Positions 51,482-62,605 of a DNA stretch of 64,000 nt are shown piece after piece. The notes beneath the pieces were generated by a model. It was given only the letters and a program-made list of their open reading frames with translations. It had not been told where the DNA came from and did not search any database. The translations under genes and the position numbers were made by a program. The DNA is from Blasia pusilla (Eukaryota). The stretch spans positions 11,222,001 to 11,286,000 of the forward strand of contig CM114271.1 in the NCBI GenBank assembly GCA_050084515.1. The letters are read 5' to 3'. Position 1 is the stretch's first letter. Each line of letters opens with the position of its first letter.

Positions 51482-54400
51482 ATGACGAGGAAAAAAACTC
51501 AAGCAAGCAAGGCTGGGAGCTTCACTCCCAAGTCCACGACTCATGCGTCACCATCTCCAGGGCCTCGTTCGACCAATGAGATAAGGTAGCAAGAGATCGA
51601 GGAGCGCAAAAAGGGAAGCGGAGATGCACAGGCACGAGCTTCTTGCAGAACGTGTTAAGGAGGCGCTCAAAAATCAGAACGCACAGGCTAAGGTGTCGCA
51701 GGCCTTGAAGAAAATGATCGTCGAGGAAAAGCGTGAAAAGAAGTGTCTGGACGAGTCGGTGAGGAGAGCAGAATTGGCAATAACTCGAAGGGAAAAAGTG
51801 ATTGCCATTGAAGAAAGCCCGGCCCGTCCAACCGAAAGTGTTGAGATGCAGGAAATGTCTGCGATGAAGTCCAAGGATACAATCAATATAAAATTGCCTG
51901 AGGAAATGGCCAAAGTTCAAGTGACGGACGATGAGGTCATGAGGACTGCCAGCGTGGAGATGGTGGACATCTCTGAAGAAGGAGGAGAGCGGTCTTCCTT
52001 GTCTCTTAGCCCGGCGGAAGAAATCGACCTCTATTGGATCGACAAGTTTCCAGTGGACTTGCTAGCTGCTGTCCCAGAGCAGTTGGCGGGCCAAGACACT
52101 GACCCAATCTTCGAGTGGGTAAGATACGATCTTAGTTCTTTGAGTTATGTGAATGCCCATGTTGCAATTTATTGGCAATTTAGTGTAGTTGATTGACCTT
52201 GTCCCCTTTGTGACAGGTGGTAAAGCAAATGGCACTGATGGAGGCCAGAACGCCCCCAGAATTCCACTTTGCCGATTGCGGATAATGGAGTACGTCCGCG
52301 AAATTCAGTCTGACGAGGATATTACGAGGCTAAAACAATCGGCAGCGACAACATCCTACGTCGACAGCTTCCCTCCGTTCTATGTTCAGCCTTACGATGA
52401 ACATGGAACCCAAGCGCTAGTGACGGAGGAGGACATGGAGGCGCTCGACACATTCTGGAGGATGAGAGATCAGGAATTCAGAAGGGCGATTAAGGGGACG
52501 AAATTCAGTTGGATGCAGAATATGTATTTATGGGATGGAAACTACATGTTCATGGCGTGGACCCAGTTTGCAGAGGAGCGCCAAAACTCATTGGAGGTGC
52601 ATTTTTACGTGAAGGCAGTCGTGCTACATCCATACCCTCATCACATGGCGACGGTGGAGATGGCCATGCATGCCATGAACATGTAAGTTTCCTCTTCCTT
52701 TATTTTGATTGCTACAAACTTTCCGACTCCGACGAGTTGTTTAACTAGTGGTAACAAAACTCGTCAAAGTCTAACGAGTTGCTTGACTAGCCGCTATTTT
52801 TTGGATGATTTTGGCCGAACGCAACTCGTCGGAGTCTGACGAGTTGCTTGACTGGCCGTTGTTTTTAGGTTGTTTTTGGCCAAAAGCAACTCGTCGGAAT
52901 CCGACGAGTTGCTTGACTGGCCGCTATTTTAAGGATGTTTTTGACCGGAAGCAACTCGTCGTAGTCCAACAAGTTGCTCGACTGGCCACTATTTTTAGGA
53001 TGTTTTTGGCCGAACGCAACTCGTCGGAGTCTGACGAGTTGCTTGACTAGCCGTTGTTTTTAGGCTGTTTTTGGTCGAAAGCAACTCGTCGGAGTCCGAC
53101 GAGTTGCTCGACGGGCCGCTATTTTAGGATGTTTTTGACCGGAAGCAACTCGTCGTAGTCCGACGAGTTGCTCGATTGGCCACTATTTTTAGGATGTTTT
53201 TGGCCAAAAGCAACTCGTCGCACTCCGACGGGTTGCATTCGCCGGCACAGGAAGGTAATCGGAGTAGGGGAGCTTGATTTTTGGCGTCAAATTGCAACTT
53301 TACTTGAAATTGCGCAACTTGTCGGACTCCAACGGGTTGATATGTTCACTTTTCTCGTGGAGACCACTCTCTGAATACAAATTATCTGACAGCCCATCGG
53401 ACTCCGACGGGTTGAAACCAGGCAATCACAAATCTGAATGCAATCCGTCGGACTCCGATGGGTTGCAAAATTTAGCTCATAGCTACCATTCCGACCATGA
53501 GGTGTGACGACTTGTCGGAGTTCGACAGGTTGCAGAAACCCATGTAGCTTGAAAATTTTCTTATATTGAGTTTGGATGTGCAGGATTGTATCCGAGGGGA
53601 ATGTCACCCACCAGTGGATCCAGGATTGCGATCGGGTGAAGAAAGTGCTAACGACGCATCCGACAGGATACAAAGGGTTCTTGGTCAACGCCCTTGTAAA
53701 TGAGATGCTCGCGAAGGGGGCTCAAATAAAAAAAAGACTTGAGCAAATACATTTATTTCCCAAGATGCAGCCATGACAATTCTTTGCTGGTCGAAGATAC
53801 AGGCCGCCGAGAAGAGCGCTTCATTGGAGCTGGAGCGGAGGGAGAAAGTGTCTATGTCTGAGCATGCTAAGTTCATCCAACCTGCAGTATCTGCAGCTAC
53901 GAAATACACTGCAAGCAAGATGCAGCGCTATATCACCATTCTCAACCCCAAACTTGGCCCCGATTTCTACAAGGAGCTGAACGCGATAATCAAGCGCCAG
54001 CGGAAGAGGGATGAAGATCCGCAGGGTCGGATTGGGGAGAAAGTGTCTCTCTCGACTGCGTCCATCGATTTGCCTTGTCTGGAATTTTGGAATTAAGGAG
54101 CATCCGACTGACGAAAATGAGTCTCGAGGGCATAGAGGCCCAAAAGAGGGCGGCACACCATCCTCCGGGTGTCTCTGATCCATTGATCTCCAACTGGCTC
54201 CGTGAATGGTCATTCTGGGACGCGTTGCGGCTTCTCGAGAAGTCCATGCTCGTGAAGACCTTGCGGAGCTGAAAAAATAGAGTCAGTTCCGGAGGAAGAA
54301 AACCTGGAGATTGCTATAGATTTTGAACTTTGGCTGGATGACATGCGGGATAAGCCCATAAAAAACCCAAGCTTCAGGACGATGTTCAAGGATCACAAAC

Positions 54401-56398
54401 TCCCTCAGGCAGACCTTGATGAAGAAATAGAGGCGAAGAAAAGGGATTTTGCAAAGAAAAAGCGAGATCTTCAGGAGCAGGCGGACGATGCATCTCAACT
54501 AAGAGTTACCCAACGCATGGTGTTCAGGTACCTCGTCCATTGTAAGAATGCACGTACATGGCAAAAAATACTGACAACTTGTAAATTGTGGGCTTCTCCG
54601 CCTGATGGAGAGACATTTTCCATGTACGGCATGGAGATGGCTCAAAGCATGTCTGATTGGGAGGTGGAGAATTTCCCGATCTGGCTTGACTTCAACGACC
54701 CTGAGGACATAATTGAGAAAAATCTATGCCTGCTCTATGATGCAGTGGCCGCAGGTAGGGACGACATCCCCAATTTCGTGAAGCCTGAAGAGGAGATGCG
54801 GAGGAGCAAGCCATCAAGACAGCGGAGTTGGTGTCCAAGGTCGTCACCGCCAAGGACAAATCTACAACGGGTCTCAAAGCCAAGGCGAGGGGATCAAAGA
54901 ATTCCGAGGCCAAGCCTTCCCAAAAATAGGCTGAGAATTCAAGGCAAGAGGCGGAATCGTCTGGGCGAGCGGGGAGAGAGGGTCAGACCAGGTCCTCCGC
55001 AAAAAAAACTCCACTCAAGTTTGAGGTAATAGAGACCCCAACAAGCCGACCGCAGACTCGGGAGAAGCGGAAGTGAGAGGTGCCATGTTTGTTCCAGGGA
55101 GCAGACCAGGATGTGGAATACACTCCATCATCCTTGGGAAGACATAGAGAAACAACGACCCGGACAAGCGTCATCATTCACTACACGAATCTTCTAGATG
55201 AGCTGAAAAGTTTCAATTCCCAAGCGTCGACACCTGCCATTGACAAATTGACAACGCTGGGGTGGAAGCTTCAACGAAATGGGCACGCTCCCCAGACGGT
55301 CCATGGGGAGATCGAGGAGGTGGCGGTGGATCTCCTCGTCGCTGATTTGCCCTCGGGGTTGCGCTTGTGGGACGAGAATCCGTCCGACGGTGTCCCAGAC
55401 TGGAATGTCCCTCTTTCTTATGACCCGATCGCGCTCCTGTTTTCCTTTGCAAACGCTTATCTCAGTGACAGGGGCTGCTTCTTGGTTTTGACTGGAGGAA
55501 GCGAGGACAAGCTCTTCAACCTGTAGTGCATCAAGAGGTCGCCGAAGTGGAGGACGGCGCAATCGTGGGTCATCAAGAACGAGTACCCACTCCGATCAGC
55601 GACGAGTCAAATCCGGGTAAGGGCTCTAAATCCATATCCAAATTGTCTTGCTCCGACAGGTTGCATTTTTGCATGCAACACGTCGGATTGTCTGAGCTGG
55701 AGACTTTGGTGGTGCAATCCGTCTGAAAGCGACGGGTTGCAAATTTACCGCAAGTCTCCATTGGGTGAATGCAACCTGTCAGAACTCGACGGGCTGCAAG
55801 TGCTTATGCTTTTCCTTGTGTTTCGAGAATGATGCAACACGTCTAAATGCGACGGGTTGCTCTTAGCCAACCATGGGCTACTCTTAGCTAGCAACTTGTT
55901 GCCTTCCGACGGGTTGCTCATGGCAAAACAAATCACTAACACTTGTAAAACAACCCGTCGGACTCCGACAAGTTGCTCCAATGTTAGGACTATAACTAAG
56001 TTCTCTAGGGTTAACCGAAGTTCTTTGGGAACGAGTTGCATATTATCTCACCATTCTGATAGTATACCTTTCTTGTTGTTGCATACTGAAATTAGCTCTT
56101 TCTTGTTGCTGACATTTTTTCCAACCTGCTTCTTTACAGATGGACCACTCCTTTGTCTATTGTTTTGTAAGGCCCGAGCACAACTTCCAAGTGTTTCAGA
56201 TCCTCAATCCAGTGGATCCATGCTCTGATGGGTACAGCTTTGATAGTTTATACAATTCCCCCCCATGAATTTACATGCAAAATGGTACCCCCTTACTTGG
56301 AGGAAGGGAAAAGTCGTCGGCGCTGATGCAAACGCTCATCGAGCTCTGCTCAAGGCCGGGTGACTTGGTGTTCGACTTAGTGGGCCTTTTAGGGGCGA
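51482..56398 (+). pseudogene. Cargo gene, copy C (ParB-like plus MTase-like), broken just after MTase motif I
   Basis: YLWDGNYMFMAW, VDLLVADLPSG, REKSSALMQTLIELCSRPGDLVFDLVGLLGA. The continuation lies inverted at 18809 downward. Confidence 0.7.
52720..53237. repeat. Tandem array, 65-bp period, about 8 units, in cargo intron 2
   Basis: Palindromes start at 52821, 52886, 52951, 53016, 53081, 53145 and 53210, plus degenerate units upstream. Confidence 0.9.
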
Positions 56399-57578
56399 GG
56401 GGGCTGATATTCTGGCAGGAGAGAGTAAGAGAGGAGAGGAAGAGAGGAAGAGAGGAGAATCTCTCTTCAAAAAAAAGGGCCAAATCCGCCTCCTCTCTTC
56501 AAAACTTTTTGACATATTTGAAATTTTCGTTTGCTTTCAAATTCAGGAAATCTTTAGAAGAGAGTAGGTAGTGGTCCACATTTGGCCCTAAAAAAACCTC
56601 CTCTTTCCTGGGGGCGAGAAAAAAGGAGACATCATAAGACCAACCTAAACATTTTTCCATCATTGTCCATGTGAGCCTAAGTTTCTTAACATTCCCTGTA
56701 TCGGTCAACAAAAAGCAGTGCCCTTGGTATTTTTGTTGGAGGACCACCCGGATGGGTACCTCTCTTTTTGTAGGGATTGTTGCCTGCATCATGGCCTCCC
56801 CTAAATTGCCCCATAACCAACTTTCTGTCGGTTATGAATGGTGTTTGCTCAAGACCAACTTTCTGAAATGTGAAAAAATCAGATCCTAAGGCTCAGAAAC
56901 CGAGAAGCTGCACCCCTCCCAACCCGTAAGAAAGCTCACCATAAGAAACGAAAGATTTTTAGAAGTGATTTTCTTCCACCCTGCACCCACGACGATCTAA
57001 CGGGTTGGGAATCCGAAATGGCAATCCGACAAGTAGTAGGAATCTTGCACATCTTAGACAAGAAAAGAAGCCTACAACTGGTTGGACGAATGAGGGGAAC
57101 GAGCCAAAAGTCAAGAAGCCCGTCACAATGCGTCAGAAGTTGGTCTCACCGGGATAGAGTCCGATCACTCAAGCAGTCAACCTGTCGGAATCCGAGAGGT
57201 TGCCTGGAAATGGTTAAAAAAGTTTGATGGGCAAAAAGCAAAAAGTCGGAATCATACGGGTTGCAGAATTGTAATTCTTAGTAGCTAAAAGAACACAATC
57301 CACAAGTCCAAAAACATATTCCAGAAAACTTTTACAAACACCATTATGGGTTGAAAAAATCTCATCCTTTATTACCTCCGAAGGAACCTCGGAAATGTAC
57401 ATTGAACCTAGTCTATGATTTCTTCAGCCTCGTCATCTACAAATTTACTCCTAACTCTCCTCGGTGACAGTACCAAAGGAATGTCCTGGGATTCAAGTGG
57501 CTCCTCTGGCCGATTGTAGACGGGGATCGAAAATGTTGGCGAATTCGAGAGCCTTGCCCCCCCTACGTACACCATAAC

Positions 57579-58580
57579 TGTCGCGACCCTCATGACCAAA
57601 CAAGTGCCAAGCGGAACATCGGAACATTAGCGGGCTCACGCTAAGATGGTTTGCGCGTTGGAGTTGTCTCAAAGAGGAGACAAGAGACGAGACGCGAGCG
57701 AGAAGTCGCGTTTCAGATGTGATGGTCGCAACTCAGAAACCTGGACCAAACACGGAATGAGACTTGAAAGAAGTCGAGTCTAGGAAGTGGGTTGCCAAAG
57801 GAAAGATCCGGATTTGGAACGCCACTTGCGTTTGAGAGTTTCCGACTGTATTTATGGTCATAACTTTTAGCGCCGAGATGCGTTTGGAGCAAATAAGGGT
57901 GCGTTGGAAAGCTTATGGAGAGCCGGTTCAAACGCACCAAAGATCGCTGCAAACGCACAAGCAGCGGCCGAGATACGACCAAAAAACGACTGTACGTGGA
58001 GTCGGGTTGAGGGCCACAATGAAGGGCCCGAACCTCTTTTTCCAAAGGGGAGGGGTTATTGGAGAACCCCAGAAGTACTAGTAAGGGGGAAGGTCTCCGA
58101 GAGTGCTTGGAACCCAAACCCCACTTTGGGCGCCGCGGGGCGGCTCAAGGGCATGGAACGGAACGCGAGTTTGGGCGTTGGGTTGGAAAACCTGCACCAA
58201 GTCCATTGAGGCGACTTTAGACATCCCTCTTGGATTTCACGCCGCGACTCAATTACTTGGGTCTCGGTTCGGAACTCACACGAGGACCGTTGAACAGCTG
58301 GGATCGCTAGGCGTGCAAGTGCCGTTTCACATCCCTGGACTAACCAGGAAGTCTGTTCCAAGTCTTGAAGGACTTGCCATGTGTTGGGAGCTAGGAACTA
58401 AGGAAGGTTGAGCTTGATGAGACGCCGAGTTTAGGACTCGGTGGGTTGGAACGCCGGTTGGCCAAACCCGACTAACGAGAGTGCGTGTTTGGGTGCAGAT
58501 CGGCGATGAGTTCGTGACCTACTGAACGCACGCTTCCGCAACACTAAAGATTTACGTTCAAGGAGAGTAGGGGCGCGACA
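57579..58580. mobile_element. Solo LTR (~1.0 kb) without TSD
   Basis: TGTCGCG...CGCGACA inverted termini. The flanks are non-adjacent parts of the cargo gene. Confidence 0.75.
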
Positions 58581-61447
58581 AGCACGGACTTCCCGATTAC
58601 CCGCAACGCATCCCAGAACGACCATTCGCGTAGCCAATGCGAGATCATTGGATCGGACACACCCGGAGGATGGTGTGCCGCCCTCTTCTGGGCCTTTGAG
58701 ACCTCGAGACTGATTTTCATCAGTCGTATCCTCTTGAACTCGCTAATCCTGGATAACGCAAAACGATGCACGCGATCCAGCGACACTTTCTCCCCAATCC
58801 GACCATGCAGATCTTCATCCCTCTTCCGCTGACACTTGATAATCGCCTTGAGCTCCTTGTAGAACTCCGGACCAAGTTCGGGGTTGAGAATGCTGATGTA
58901 TCGCTGCATCTTGCTCGACGTGTATTTCGTTGCAGCAGATATAGCAGCTTGGATGAATTTGGCGCACTCAGACGCAGATACCTTCTCCCTCCGCTCCGGC
59001 TCGGTCGGCGCTTTTCTTGGCTGTATCTTCGACAAAGCAAAGGATGGTTCTACCAGCATCTTGAGAAATAAACTTGTTTGCCCAAGTTTTCTTCTTAATC
59101 TGAGCACCCTTTGCAAGCATCTGATTGACAAGGGCATCGCCCAAGAACCCCCTGTACTCTCCCGGGTGCGTCGTAAGCACCTTCCTCACCCGATCGGAGT
59201 CCTGGATCCAATGGTGGGTGACATTCCCTTCCGATACAATCCTGCACATCCAAACTCAACCCGTCAGGAAATTACATGGGTTCTTGCAACCCGTCGGACT
59301 CCGACGGGTCGTCACAGCTCAGGGTCGGATTCTAGCAACAAGCTAAATGATGCAACCCGTCGGAGTCCGACGGTTTGCATTCAGATTTGCTAATGCCAGG
59401 TAAGCAACTCGTCGGACTCCGACGGGTTGCTGGACTGCACGCTTTTTCGGATGTTTTGTTAAGATTGCAACTCGTCGGACTCCGACGACTTGTTTGATTG
59501 AACATAGATTTAACTAGTTTTTGGCCCAAAGCAAACCGTCGGAGTCCGACGGGTTGCTCGATAGGCCGCCTTGTGAGGTTGTTTTTTTAAGAATGCAACT
59601 CGTCGGACTCCGACGAGTTGCTCGAGTGACTGCAGGTTTAGAAGGTTTTTTCCCCACAGCAACCCATTGGAGTCCGACGGGTTGCTTGCCTCGAAGCTAT
59701 TTTTCCCCATATCAACCGGTCGGAGTCCGACGGGTTGATTTCGGCCAAAAACAGTTTTGTCGGACTCCGACGGGTTGCTTTGGGGCAAAAACCTTCTAAA
59801 CTGCGATCACTCGAGCAACTCGTTGGAGTCCGACGAGTTGCATTCTTAAAAACAACCTCACAAGCGACCTATCACAACCCGTCGGACTCGGCGGTTTGCT
59901 TTGGGCCAAAACTAGTTAAATCTATGTTCAATTAAACAAGTCGTCGAGTCCACCGCTTGCACTCTTCAAAAACATCCTCACAAGCGACTTTGTCGAGCAA
60001 CCCGTCGGACTCGACGGTTTGCTTTGGGCCAAAAACTAGTTAAATCTATGTTCCATCAAACAAGTCGCCGAGTCCGACGAGTTGCAATCTTAAAAACATC
60101 CGGAAAAGCGTAGATCTAGCAACCCGCGTCGGAGTCCGACGAGTTGCTTTTCGCCTAAACAAACCTAACCCATTCATCAATCGAGCAACTCGCCGGAGTC
60201 CGAGGCCGATTTGCGAAAGTGTTAAAGATACTCACGTGTTCATGGCATGCATTGCCATCTCCACCGCCGCCATGTGATGAGGGTATGGGTGAAGGACCAC
60301 CGCCTTCACGCAAAAATGTGCCTCCAATGAGTTGGGGCGCTCCTCCATAAACTTAGTCCACGCCATGAACTCGTGATTTCCATCCTAGATGAAGAAATGC
60401 GATTCCTCATCCGGCTGAATTCCGTGCCCTCAACTTGCCTTCAAGTCTGGTCTCGCATCCTCCCGAATGTGTCGAGATTTTCCAAGTCCTCCTCGGTAAC
60501 TGAGCTTGGGTTCCATGCTCGTCGTAAAATTTGAACATAGAAGGGAGGAAAGTTGTCCACGAGGATCTTTGTCGTCCGCCGATTGTTTTAGCTTTTTGCG
60601 ATGTCCTCGTCGGATCAGATTTGCGGACGTATTCCATTATCCTTAATCGGCACAGTGGAATCCTCGGGGCGTTGTGGCCCTCCATGAGTGCCATCTGCTT
60701 TACCACCTGTCAGAACCGGGACAAGAGGAATAAGCTAGACTGAAATCCCAATGAATTGCAATTCATATAATTAAAAAAACCCAGAACCTCTCTTACCCGC
60801 TCGAAAATGGAGTCGGTTTCTTGACCAGCTAACTTGTCTGAGACAGGGGCTGGCAAATCGACTGGGAACTCGTCGATCCGATAGAGGTCAATGTCCTCCT
60901 CCGGGCTTGGAGTCGAGAATGACCGCTCTCCGGCTTCTTCGGCCATGTCCACCATCTCCACGCTGGCGGTCCTCATGACCTCGTCGTCATCGATTTGAAC
61001 TGGTGTTGTTTCCACTATGTTGATTGTGTCCCCGGACTTCGTGGGGGACATTTCCCTCATCTCAACACTTGCGGTTGGATGGGCTGGGCTATCGTCAATG
61101 GCTATCGCTTTTTCCCTCCTCGCTTTAGCCAATTCTGCCCTCCTCACCGACGCGTCCAGACGCTTCTTTTCTCTCTTTTCGTCGGCGATCCTTTTCTTCA
61201 AGGCCTGCGACGTCTCGGCCTCTTCGTTCTGTTTATCTAGCGCCGCTTGAACGCGTCTCGCCAGAAGCACTTGGTTGTGCATCTCCGCTTCCCTTTCCCG
61301 CTCCTCGATTTCCTGCTGCCTAATTTCATTCGCCGAACGAGGCCCAGGAGAAGTTGACGTATGAGTCCTAATGGACTTGGGAGTGAAGCTCCCAGACTTG
61401 TTGGCTTGTGTTTTTTTCCTCATCATTTTTGCCGGAAATGCCTCCAC
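58581..61447 (-). pseudogene. Cargo gene, copy D (5' half; MTase-encoding part deleted)
   Basis: Exon 1 ORF 60710-61447; ParB-like exon with DGNHEFMAW; exon 3 IVSEGNVTHHWIQD...EWSFWDALR. Confidence 0.75.
59286..60205. repeat. Array of about 15 palindromes with varied spacers, arranged as a long inverted repeat
   Basis: Spacers in 59780-60120 are reverse complements of spacers in 59430-59660. Confidence 0.85.
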
Positions 61448-62605
61448 CTATGCCCACAACAAATCCCTTGATCAGTCGCCTTGCTGACGTCAAGATGGGA
61501 GCTCGTCTCGCCTTGATGGTTAGCTTGAATCGTCCCGATATCGCTCGGTCGAACTGTCTCGCTCTCGTTCCCTCCTATCGACTCGCGATGTGTCGCCGCG
61601 TGAAATGCCCCTTCGTATCTGATCAGCTGCTGCGCGGGAGAGTGAGGAGTGAGGAATGAAGATCGCGAAATGAGAAACCGGAAATGAGTGATTTCTGCCC
61701 TATTTATACTTTTCTAGCCGTTGGGATGACCGTTGGGTCCCGTCGTCCTTTCGACGGCGACGTGCCGAATGTTACGGAAGTCCGGACCTGAAAAATCGCA
61801 ACCCGTCAGAGTCCAACAGGTTGCGCGGCTCCGCCATCCTGGGTACGTTGCCATGTGCACGAGCAACCCGTCGGAGACCGACGGGTTGAGCGCCTCCGTC
61901 GTCTTTGGAAAACAACGCGAGGTACCCGCGCAAGCCGTCGGAGACCGATATGTTGCGCGCCTTCGCCGTGTTTGGGACGGAAACGGGACGTATTTTGGGC
62001 AATCCGTCGGAGACTGTTGGGTTGCACGCTTCCCTCATCAAGGGTTAGGAACGATGGCTTCCCGTGCAAGTCGTCGGAGTCTGGCTGGCTGCACCACAAG
62101 GCGGCGCCCTTGCGCAACCGGTTGGACGGCGACGGGTTGCACGCCTCGCCGTCTTTGGGCTAAAAGGCGAGGCACCCCCGGAACTCGTCGGGAACAGACG
62201 GTTTGCACGCCTCCGGCATCTTCCAGCAAGAAGGAGCGGTATCCCGGCAAGTCGTCGGAGAGCGACGGGTTGCTTGCTTCGACAATGTTTAGCAGAAGCG
62301 TGCAACTCGTCCGATGCCGACGGGTTGCAGGCTTCGGTAAGCTTCGGGTAATTTCTGAGTTACCAGGACCCCGACGGGTTCCAAGTGATGCGCAACCCTG
62401 TGCTTCCCAAATCCGGTAACATATTGCAACAACATTGAATGTGTCACTGAATTGGATCCATTGTGTCAGACATTCTCCCCCACCGAATTCATCTTGTCAG
62501 TAAAAATCTGTCAGGAGTATCTGTTTCCTATTCACTGTAAATTAAATATTCTCATTCTCATTCTCATTCTCAGTCTCAGTCTCCTCCCGTAGGAATCTTC
62601 TTGGA

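Larger units (their letters stand above)
35608..56398 (-). mobile_element. MULE-like transposon copy C (inverted; hosts the gypsy insertion)
   Basis: Right end GAGGTGCGGTTAGAGGAGAGG at 35608, lacking ~12 terminal bases seen at 6521-6532. Transposase on minus, cargo gene on plus, broken at 56398. Confidence 0.85.

Noticed and set aside
29936-60205. CRISPR array (27-bp palindromic repeat with ~38-bp spacers)
   Set aside because: Spacers are near-identical or mirror copies of one another, there are no cas genes or leader, and the arrays lie in spliceosomal introns of a eukaryotic transposon.
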